From assembly GCA_041859815.1 (NCBI GenBank), contig JBFLFX010000001.1, positions 245 to 64,244 on the forward strand: 64,000 nt of DNA, written 5' to 3'. The notes under the pieces were generated by a model that did not search any database, was not told the DNA's origin, and saw nothing but the letters and a program-made list of their open reading frames with translations. This DNA comes from Dysosmobacter sp. Lineage in GTDB: Bacteria > Bacillota > Clostridia > Oscillospirales > Oscillospiraceae. Position 1 is the stretch's first letter; each line of letters opens with the position of its first letter. Both the position numbers and the translations under genes were made by a program. Shown in pieces: positions 36,990 through 45,115 of this stretch.

Positions 36990-37636
36990 GTTGCTACCAT
37001 TCCGATAAATAGCTATACTAGACGCAAGGATAACTTTGCGCCGGAGGGCTTGATATTATGGATCGGCAGCAGCGCTGGAAGCCGCTGCAGGACATCTGGA
37101 GGCCGTGGAGACGCTTTGCTCCGTGTAGAGCGGTTGGGCAAGAGCCAAGCGCGCCCTTTACCGAGAAGGTAATCCGGGATATTCATTCTCCGGTGTTGAT
37201 GGATTGCCCCGAAGATAGGGGCGTGTATCACCGTATCCCGGTGACAATTTTCGGGGCCTTTGGGAAACCGCCGCAGCTGTATCCGGCGCCGCAGCAGATG
37301 GAGGCGTTGACGCTGGATCGGAAGCAGAGCCGAACGCATTCCCTTTATGCCGCCGCTTTGTTTCATCTGAAATTCGAGGGTGTGCATTCTTTCATCGACG
37401 GCAGCGGCCGGACAGGAGGGTCACTGAGGAACTTCTCGCCGATGAAAAACAGTGATCCGCCCGTCAACGTGAAATTCATCAATCGCCGCGCCTGTTACGG
37501 CTGCTCTGACGCATACTCCCGGGACGGCGATGCTGCTCCCTAGCGGGATCTGGTGGCAAACTGTGTCAGCCTGCGGCTGGAGATGTATTTGCGGGTGTTG
37601 GAGGGACAAATGGTATGGATAAATATGAGATACTGA
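36990..37636 (+). pseudogene. Fic/DOC family pseudogene
   Basis: TEKVIRDIHSPVL...DRGVYHRIPVTIFGA...LYAAALFHLKFEGVHSFIDGSGRTGGSLRNF..PPVNV. The Fic motif HPFxxGNGRxxR has degenerated to HSFIDGSGRTGG. An in-frame TAG sits at 37541-37543, after which the homologous frame continues to 37636. Confidence 0.55.
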
Positions 37637-39453
37637 AGCAATACTTCGGACATTCCGCTTTCCGAGAGGGACAGGCAGAAATCATCGAGGCAATTTTAAG
37701 TGGCCGCGACGCCCTTGGCATTATGCCCACAGGCGGCGGCAAAAGCCTGTGCTATCAGGTGCCCGCGCTGATGCTCGGCGGTATCACGCTGGTAATTTCG
37801 CCGCTGATTTCCCTCATGAGGGATCAGGTAATGGCTCTGAAAAACGTCGGCGTCAGCGCGGCGTTTATCAATAGCTCTCTCACTTCGGCGCAGATGCAGG
37901 CCGTGTATTGCAATATGCGTGCCGGGGCATACAAGATCATCTATGTCGCACCGGAGCGGCTGGACGGTGAGGAATTTGTATCCCTTGCGCAAAATTTGCA
38001 GGTTTCTCTTGTGGCGGTAGACGAGGCACATTGCATTTCTCAGTGGGGTCAGGATTTCAGGCCGAGCTACCTGCGGATTCTTGCCTTCATTCAAAAAATG
38101 CCCGACCGCCCGGTGGTGGCCGCATTTACTGCCACTGCGACGACGCGTGTGCGTGAGGATATTGAGCGGATTTTGAAGCTTCAAAATCCGCTGAAAATTG
38201 TGACCGGCTTTGACCGTCCAAATTTGAATTTTGAAGTGCTGCATCCCAAAAATAAATTGGCGGCACTGTGTTCATTGATCGATGCCCGACCCGGTCAAAA
38301 CGGTATCATTTACTGTGCCACGCGAAAGAGTGTTGAATCCATTTGTCAGAAACTGCAGACAGACGGCGTTCGGGCAACACGTTACCATGCGGGGCTGTCC
38401 GGTGAGGAACGCCGAAAAAACCAAGAAGATTTTCTTTATGACCGCTATGCCGTCATGGGGGCAACCAACGCGTTTGGTATGGGAATCGACAAATCGAATA
38501 TCAGTTATGTGATCCATTATAACATGCCTAAAAGCCTTGAGGCGTACTATCAGGAGGCCGGGCGTGCCGGGCGTGATGGGGAGCACGCCGACTGCCTGCT
38601 GTTATATTCTCCGGGCGACGTGCAGACGGCCAAGTTCCTAATGCAGAGCTCTGGTGAAAATACGGAACTGACGGATGAGGAGCGGGCCGCTGTGATGGAG
38701 CAGGATAGGAAACGGCTGCAGGAAATGATCGGCTACTGCAAAACGACGTCTTGCCTGAGAGGGTATATTCTGGACTATTTTGGGCAGGCGCATCAAAAAA
38801 GCTGTGGAAACTGCGGCAACTGCAGAGCACACTTTTCGCAGCAGGACATTACGTCACAGGCACAAATGGTTCTCTCCTGCGTCAAGCGCGCTTATGATAA
38901 GTTAGGGTATTGCGTGGGTGCGACGCTGATTATGCGAACTCTTCGCGGCAGCGCGGAGCAGCGAGTACTGGAGCTTGGGTTGGATCAGCTTTCTACATAC
39001 GGGCTAATGAAGGGGATCGCAGGACCCCAAATCAAGGCGTATATGGAACAGCTTGAGGAAGATGGTTATCTTAAAACCGACCCGCTTCATGGCGGCGTAA
39101 TGCTCACAAAAAAATCGGGTGACGTACTGTTTCATGAAGAGCCGGTATTCATGATCACAAGGGCACCGGTGAAGGGGGAAAAGAGACGCGGAAGGAACAG
39201 AAGTGCCGCTGCGGCAGATATGGATCATGATCTGTTTACAGTGCTCAAAACCCTTCGCTTCAGGCTTTCACAAGAGGAAAATGTACCTGCCTATATTATT
39301 TTTTCCAATGCGGCCCTTTCCGACATGGCAGAAAAAGCGCCAAAAAATATGAGCGAGTTCCTGGAAGTCTCCGGGGTTGGCAGGGTAAAAGCCGCAAGAT
39401 ACGGAAAGGTTTTCCTTGAAGCAATTAGAAAATATGAGGAGGGCGGAAACTGA
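37615..39453 (+). CDS. recQ: ATP-dependent DNA helicase RecQ
   Basis: FGHSAFREGQAEII, MPTGGGKSLCYQVPAL, DEAHCISQWGQDFRPSY, the zinc-binding CGNCGNC and a C-terminal HRDC-like region. Confidence 0.95.
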   Translation: MDKYEILKQYFGHSAFREGQAEIIEAILSGRDALGIMPTGGGKSLCYQVPALMLGGITLVISPLISLMRDQVMALKNVGVSAAFINSSLTSAQMQAVYCNMRAGAYKIIYVAPERLDGEEFVSLAQNLQVSLVAVDEAHCISQWGQDFRPSYLRILAFIQKMPDRPVVAAFTATATTRVREDIERILKLQNPLKIVTGFDRPNLNFEVLHPKNKLAALCSLIDARPGQNGIIYCATRKSVESICQKLQTDGVRATRYHAGLSGEERRKNQEDFLYDRYAVMGATNAFGMGIDKSNISYVIHYNMPKSLEAYYQEAGRAGRDGEHADCLLLYSPGDVQTAKFLMQSSGENTELTDEERAAVMEQDRKRLQEMIGYCKTTSCLRGYILDYFGQAHQKSCGNCGNCRAHFSQQDITSQAQMVLSCVKRAYDKLGYCVGATLIMRTLRGSAEQRVLELGLDQLSTYGLMKGIAGPQIKAYMEQLEEDGYLKTDPLHGGVMLTKKSGDVLFHEEPVFMITRAPVKGEKRRGRNRSAAAADMDHDLFTVLKTLRFRLSQEENVPAYIIFSNAALSDMAEKAPKNMSEFLEVSGVGRVKAARYGKVFLEAIRKYEEGGN

Positions 39454-40338
39454 CGGATGATTTTGACGAAGTTGCAAAACATATAAAAAGGTAAGAGGAG
39501 AAAGCAAGAATACCCGACCGTCCTCGGAAGATGTAATAAAAGCCTTTTGATAAGGCACAAATTCTGTACAAGGCGGAAAAAATGCACAGGGAAAGCTCTG
39601 ATTGAATCGGTTCTCTCTTCTGAGGGCGCCGACCGCCGTGCCAGGGTCCGCTTTATTAAGTTTTACAACCCGCCGGAGGTATGTTGTCGAATATGGACAG
39701 CAGCAAATTATACGCCTATCAAAGTCACTCGCAAAATTTTAAAAGATACGGTCTCCCCGGCACAAATAAGCAAATCCCTCCAGAAAAACACGCAGCGGTT
39801 GGAATAATTTCAACTTCTGCGTGTTAATAAAATTTTATTGTGTAAAATAGACAATTTGCCGTTTTATTCGCTTCTTTTAATGGGGGTTTTTAACAAATTT
39901 TTATGGGATTTTCTGTATTTTTTACTCTTGTTTTTTTAATAAATAAATTCTATAATTTTATTTACTCGATATACCGGATGAACTGGTAGAAAAGTTCCGT
40001 AATACACGTTGAACAGCATAAGCAGCTCTCTGATAAACAATGGGGCAATTCTGATGGGCGAACAATCAAGCCTGAGAAAGTTTCCGTTATGAAACGGAAT
40101 ATCTCTGCAAATGAACCGGCATCTTAATCATACGCGGAACTTGCACAGCGGGAAAAGGCTGCTCCTATATGCCATATCCCTCTGCTTTTACGTTTGTAAG
40201 TTTTTTAGCAGGCTCTAAATAGGGTGAACCGCAGTCTTGGCAAATGTCTTAAATTACTATGATAGCGGGTGATGCCTATGATTGTAATGTGATTGCGCAT
40301 TAATTACGTGTTGAATGTAGGTATGGAGGTTACCATTC

Positions 40339-40749
40339 TTGAACAAAAAGTTTTCAGCGTTTGTATTGATCGTGTCCGCGGCTCTAATAGGTTGTTTCTT
40401 TTTTGAAACGCTCAGTATATACAGTGATTCATCGGCAGATAGAGACAAGACGCTGTCCGGCCATTCCGATCACTGGGATGTATACATTGGCATGGTTACG
40501 AGAGGGACTACAAGAATAGTAATGGGGCCGGCCGTTAAATTCGCTTATCCGGATTCTATTGAAATTGAGATTCGAAGTCATAATAACCTTCTTTACAAGG
40601 ACAAACTATTTATCCAGCGGCCGCAGAACTCTTATACTATAAAGTTCCCAACGATAGAATCCGCTTATAAAGGTAGCGATACCTTGACTTTTATTGTGTA
40701 TTACAACGGTTTATCGGAAAAAGTCAAACTTCGTGACGACCCAATTTAA
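40339..40749 (+). CDS. hypothetical lipoprotein
   Basis: TTG start 9 nt after GGAGG. Signal peptide with lipobox (FVLIVSAALIGC). Lies in AT-rich context. Confidence 0.5.
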   Translation: MNKKFSAFVLIVSAALIGCFFFETLSIYSDSSADRDKTLSGHSDHWDVYIGMVTRGTTRIVMGPAVKFAYPDSIEIEIRSHNNLLYKDKLFIQRPQNSYTIKFPTIESAYKGSDTLTFIVYYNGLSEKVKLRDDPI

Positions 40750-40836
40750 AATAGAGAGTCCCACTCTTAACGAAAATGCGCAAATAAAAAGCCCAATTCT
40801 ACTATCGCCGCAAAGATGTAAAAGGAGATTCGACAA

Positions 40837-41565
40837 ATGAAAAAATTATTTTCCAGAATAATTTGTATGGCACTTTTACTGACAGTATTTGCAGGCCCCT
40901 CAGCAAGTGCATCTTCCAATGACTCCGCAGATGCCATTACGCCAATCCATACAGGCATGCTTGAGGCCACGAATTTAGGCGATTCCGTAGTTTTAGACGA
41001 CGGAGCTGAATTAACGAGGGTATCAAGATCCGATTTCATCAGCCAAATCGCAGCAGCGCAGAATGTATCGGTACAGAAAGCCGAGCAAATATTGATTACC
41101 TCTCAAGCCAAAAAGCTAGAAAACAATTCCGCTACGCAAAATTCAACTTCAGGGTTTGGCAAGGTACAGTATTACTATTTTAATTATAGTAAAGTGTTCC
41201 ATCTGCAAAATAAAACTTCTAATCCCTATAGGGCTGAATTGGTTGCAAACCTCTATCTGGCTTCCGACGGACAATATGTACAAATTGAAGACGTAGAGGC
41301 AGTTTATACGGCGCGAGTAAGTGGATCGTATAGCTATGATTGGTTACCCCTGGCCGCATATAGCAATCCTAAATCTGGCAGCAGCTCTTTTCCAACCGGA
41401 CAAGTTGATCTGTTTGGTGATGGACAATTTAAAGTAGTTACTGCTTGGAGCGCCGGTACAGCCGCTAGTCTTGAAGGCTGGGGATTTAACGTATCTGGCG
41501 GAGGAAATACGATATGGTATTCCCAAAGATTACCTATGCAGGGTCATTACCAATGCTACAAGTGA
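40837..41565 (+). CDS. secreted hypothetical protein
   Basis: AAAGGAGA SD. Cleavable-looking signal peptide (MKKLFSRIICMALLLTVFAGPSASA). I recognise no family. Confidence 0.6.
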   Translation: MKKLFSRIICMALLLTVFAGPSASASSNDSADAITPIHTGMLEATNLGDSVVLDDGAELTRVSRSDFISQIAAAQNVSVQKAEQILITSQAKKLENNSATQNSTSGFGKVQYYYFNYSKVFHLQNKTSNPYRAELVANLYLASDGQYVQIEDVEAVYTARVSGSYSYDWLPLAAYSNPKSGSSSFPTGQVDLFGDGQFKVVTAWSAGTAASLEGWGFNVSGGGNTIWYSQRLPMQGHYQCYK

Positions 41566-41750
41566 GAAGCGCGAGCTTGTATGTATGACACTCTCCCGCG
41601 CATTTGTTGAAGGCTGTTCCTACAGGATAAATCTTATAATTGCGCGTCCTGTGAACGCTTATAGAGCAAGAGCGGCCAATGAACAGCTATGATACAACCG
41701 GGATTTTTCTATGCCAGAGGGGATGCCGAACAGGCGATACCCAGCGGGAT

Positions 41751-42185
41751 TTAAGCAAGAAGTAGCCGAAACCATGCAGTAAAAACATTTGAATTCTGCA
41801 AAAAACGGCTAAACGATTCCAGACTATTCCGCAAAGGCAAATGATTCATACCTGATTTTTTTTGGCCGGGACACTGCTTTGCGCCGCTCTGGCCGGATGT
41901 CTCGCCATTCTGCGGGGCGTCCGGCTTTTTCTTCTGCCCTACTGGCTCATCTGCCTGCTGGGGTTCGGGAGAGTCCGGTATTGGCGGCGGAGCAAAAGCA
42001 TAAACTGCGGCCGGAATTTTCAGATTCAGCCCGCGGTTGGCCGGCGCTGCCGTCTCATCTGTCAGGTTTACAATCCGCGGAGCGATTGCCGGCAAATACG
42101 CCGCTCTCTCGCTGAGGATGTCCGGGAAGTGCGTAAGACCCTCACACAGCTTCCGGAGGGAAAAAGAAATCAGGCGCTCACGCAT
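41751..42185 (-). CDS. hypothetical protein (weak call)
   Basis: 144-aa ORF with a Pro/Lys-rich low-complexity middle and no clear SD. Confidence 0.3.
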   Translation of the reverse strand: MRERLISFSLRKLCEGLTHFPDILSERAAYLPAIAPRIVNLTDETAAPANRGLNLKIPAAVYAFAPPPIPDSPEPQQADEPVGQKKKPDAPQNGETSGQSGAKQCPGQKKSGMNHLPLRNSLESFSRFLQNSNVFTAWFRLLLA

Positions 42186-42280
42186 GACGCCGTGTGCAGA
42201 CGATTAGGAGCGTCTGACGATGTCGTAATCCTGCGGAAACAGCTGGCAGGTAAACGAACGCTCCGGCAGATTCTCGCGGC

Positions 42281-42557
42281 GCAGACGCACGGCTGCTGCC
42301 GGCGCTGTCAAAGCCGCTGCGCGGCGTGGCGCTCTGCGCCGCGGCAGTTCTACTTGATTCAGTTCAAAATTCAACATCATACATAAAGCACGCGGAGCTG
42401 AAGCTGGCTCCGCGTGCTTTTATCAAATAAAATGCGGGAGCAGCCTGCGCAAAGGTTGCTCCCGCGGAGAGAGGAAGAAAAGAACGTGAAAAAACGTCAG
42501 CTCTATCGAATCCCCAACAGATTGATGAACGATGCGGCATTGACCTACAGTGCCCGG
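42281..42557 (+). repeat. copy B of the ~270-bp repeat (partner at 24241..24509)
   Basis: See copy A. Here the repeat continues into the intact HTH gene that starts at 42486. Confidence 0.7.
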
Positions 42558-43202
42558 CAGGCGGGCAATGCGCTGTACAGCAAACGCAGCCGCCTCGGCC
42601 AATGTGTAATGAGCCTGGCCTATCTTGCAAAAGTGTCCGCGTGCAGTATCCCCACCGTCCGCAAAGCGGCGGAGGAGCTGGAAAATGCCGGCTACATCCG
42701 CCGCTGCCGCAATTATCAGTACAGCGAACAGGCCGGCCGCGTCGTCTACGCCCGCACAACCTATGTCTGCACGCTCTCAACGGCCCGGGATTATACGTTG
42801 GTTCCCCGCGAGGTATTTAGCTGGGAACTGACTTCCGGAGCGTTCTGCGTTTGCCTGTGCCTGTTCCAGCAGGCGGGCAATTCCGGCCGCGCGTTTCCGG
42901 CAATCCGGCGCATCGCCCAGCTGCTTGGCATGGGCTATGCCACGGTCTGCCAGGCGCTGGCGCTCCTTCGTAATCAGAGATTGGCGCTTGTACTGCATTG
43001 GAAAAAGCGGAACCACGCCTTCAGCATGAATTCTTACTTTATGCAGGGACGCGGGCAGCGGCAGGAAAAGGACTTTTTCGCATTGCCGGGCGCTTTCTTT
43101 CGTTCTTTTCTACACTCTATTGTAGATTTTGCAAGGACGGAAAGCAATTCCCATTTGCTATCCGGGGGAGTCTCATTTTTTGCAAACTGCCTTAGGACTT
43201 AG
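42486..43202 (+). CDS. helix-turn-helix / winged-helix protein typical of clostridial integrative elements
   Basis: GTG start after AGAGGAAG. Two HTH-like units are present (MSLAYLAKVSACSIPTVRKAAEELENAGYI and RRIAQLLGMGYATVCQALALLRNQ). Confidence 0.5.
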   Translation: MKKRQLYRIPNRLMNDAALTYSARQAGNALYSKRSRLGQCVMSLAYLAKVSACSIPTVRKAAEELENAGYIRRCRNYQYSEQAGRVVYARTTYVCTLSTARDYTLVPREVFSWELTSGAFCVCLCLFQQAGNSGRAFPAIRRIAQLLGMGYATVCQALALLRNQRLALVLHWKKRNHAFSMNSYFMQGRGQRQEKDFFALPGAFFRSFLHSIVDFARTESNSHLLSGGVSFFANCLRT

Positions 43203-43364
43203 ATAACGAGAGTTCTTGGTGCGGCTTCCGCACTTCGGCTGTCAGGGACGCACAGCGCCGCCGCAGCGGCAAGGGAGCCGGGCTTTTCTCGCTGCCCGGC
43301 TTCCGCAGTCCTTGACTGCCGATGTATCATGCACCGACAATGAAAAGGAGGACGGCATTTCCGC

Positions 43365-43592
43365 TTAGTCTCGCGGCGGTGAGCCTGTTTTCTGCCCCCG
43401 TCGCGGCGGGCGGCGTACCGTCAGTTTATCTTCTTTCATCCAGTTCCGCACGATGCGCCGCAGGATTCCGTACGGCGTTTCCCCCATTATCCAGCATTCT
43501 TCTTTGAATTCAATCCATTCTTTCCGGGGCAGCTTTGTGCTTATCGTCGCCAGATTTTCCCTGTCCCACTTCGCCTGTCTGTCTCGTTTCAT
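43365..43592 (-). CDS. small RHH-like protein of a mobile element
   Basis: Trimmed to MKRDRQAKWDRENLATISTKLPRKEWIEFKEECWIMGETPYGILRRIVRNWM after GGAAGGAAG. Confidence 0.5.
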   Translation of the reverse strand: MKRDRQAKWDRENLATISTKLPRKEWIEFKEECWIMGETPYGILRRIVRNWMKEDKLTVRRPPRRGQKTGSPPRD

Positions 43593-43813
43593 GCTTTCAC
43601 TTCCTTCCGTACTGGAGCCTTTCATTTTAACAGGATTCTTGTTATAGAACAAGCGTTCTATCAAGATTCTTGCCATATTTCTGTGAAATCTTCCTCATTT
43701 TTGCCTTTTTCGATACTTTTCGGGGACTATCCGGGACTCTGCGCGTATGCGCACCCCGTACCTTTTAGCAGGCGGACACTTTCCCCGTTGAACAGAAGGG
43801 ATGTGAACAGGCC

Positions 43814-44050
43814 ATGAGTGAGTGCATCGCAGCGCCCAAAAATCCATGTCCGCTTAACTGCCCTGAACGCTCCGCAACTTGCCACTCCGCAGGCGTCTGC
43901 GAAGCGTGGGGCGACTATCAAATTGATTACGCAAAATACATGAGATCCCGCGAAAGAAATATTGCACGGGTGCAGGCGGTATTTGGGTACAACCGCTCCG
44001 TAGGCAACCGCTGCGAGCGTCTGGCTCATAAACGGCTCTCCGGAAAGTGA
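43814..44050 (+). CDS. small Cys-rich protein (phage / mobile-element type)
   Basis: 78 aa: CIAAPKNPCPLNCPERSATCHSAGVCEAW. A competing antisense ORF lies at 43727..44188. Confidence 0.35.
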   Translation: MSECIAAPKNPCPLNCPERSATCHSAGVCEAWGDYQIDYAKYMRSRERNIARVQAVFGYNRSVGNRCERLAHKRLSGK

Positions 44051-44720
44051 GAAACAGTTAAGGGCATTTTTCCAAATATTTGTTGAGTTTCGTCTTGCTT
44101 GGCGGTACAATGCTTTTGTTCCGTGAGGGACGGTTATTGCGCCGGTCATCTGCATCTTTGAAAAAAGCGGCGCTGGCCAAGCGGTCATACCGGCGTTTTA
44201 ACATACGGAGGGAAAGGAAAAGACCCTCCCTTTTCAGGAGAGTCTTACCACGACGATGCACCTTGAAAAACAAACAACGTAATAACCAGATAAAAACAGT
44301 TAACCCAGCTATTATCAAGATTTATTCAAAATTTCCTGCTTTACAGGATATGCTGGATTGCCTTTGGATATACAGCAAAGAATTTGAACGAAACAGTCAG
44401 CAGGCCATTAGAAGGCCAGCACTGGGAAAACCACCGCCGGGCGGCACGGCTCCCCTGCATTCGTCCTGTGCCATGATCCATCTATTGGGATGGGAGCCGG
44501 GCCGGATTAAAGAAGTTGCCATGAAACGCTGCTTTCCCATGATACTTCCTCACGGCCCCGCATGAACTTGCCGGGGAGGCTGCGCGGGTACGCAGACCTA
44601 TGCTATGCGCCATCAATAGGGCGGTTCCTTCGCTGATTTTCTTATAAATCTGAGGCAAAGGCGCATCTGCTTACTGCACCTTTGCCTGAGAGCCATCTGG
44701 CGAAGGGAAAAGACTTTCAA

Positions 44721-44757
44721 TGGAGCTGGATGCGAGATTTGAACTCGCGACCTCTGG
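44721..44757 (-). other. tRNA 3'-end fragment (variable loop, T-arm, acceptor and CCA); putative attachment-site remnant
   Basis: The minus strand reads ccagAGGTCGCGAGTTCAAATCTCGCATCCAGCTCCA. It has a canonical T-stem/loop (GCGAG-TTCAAAT-CTCGC), a 7-nt acceptor 3' strand, a discriminator and CCA. No matching 5' acceptor, D-arm or anticodon arm lies upstream. Confidence 0.7.
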
Positions 44758-45115
44758 TTGTTTGTAAGGGTGGGTATTATCTCTCATAGAGTTTATTTGG
44801 CATATCATATGGTTGCGGTAGATATTTAACGGAGGAGATTTTTGGTCTTGAAATTCCATATTGGGGTTATGCACAAAAAAGACTGACGCAGCATTCCAAA
44901 TCGCCGACCTCTTTCTCCACCGCGCAGAGTAGTTCAAGGTTGCCTTTGCATCTTCGTTGGAACGGTGCGTATTTTTCGTTTTTAATTCAGTTGCTTGTCA
45001 TCTCGCTCAAAACTGTTATGCAGCGCCATAACTTCCGGTATCCGGTTAGCTTTTGACAGGGGCTCCCGTACATCCGCACAAGCACGATTTTTGCCTCAGT
45101 CCCCAAGTTCACATT

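Noticed and set aside
39789-39827. The hairpin aacacgcag...ctgcgtgtt as a recQ terminator.
   Set aside because: It has a 21-nt loop, lies more than 330 nt downstream of the recQ stop, and has no convincing T-tract.
44058-44565. ORFs 44080..44565 (+) and 44058..44318 (-).
   Set aside because: They are mutually overlapping and Arg/Lys-rich or low-complexity, with no SD and no recognisable motifs.
44721-44810. An intact tRNA gene.
   Set aside because: Only the variable loop, T-arm and acceptor 3' strand are present. The 17 nt upstream cannot form an anticodon stem, and no GCTGGAT 5' acceptor strand exists.
44671-44937. 88-aa minus-strand ORF.
   Set aside because: It overlaps the tRNA 3' fragment and AT-rich spacer, has no SD, and its composition is non-protein-like.
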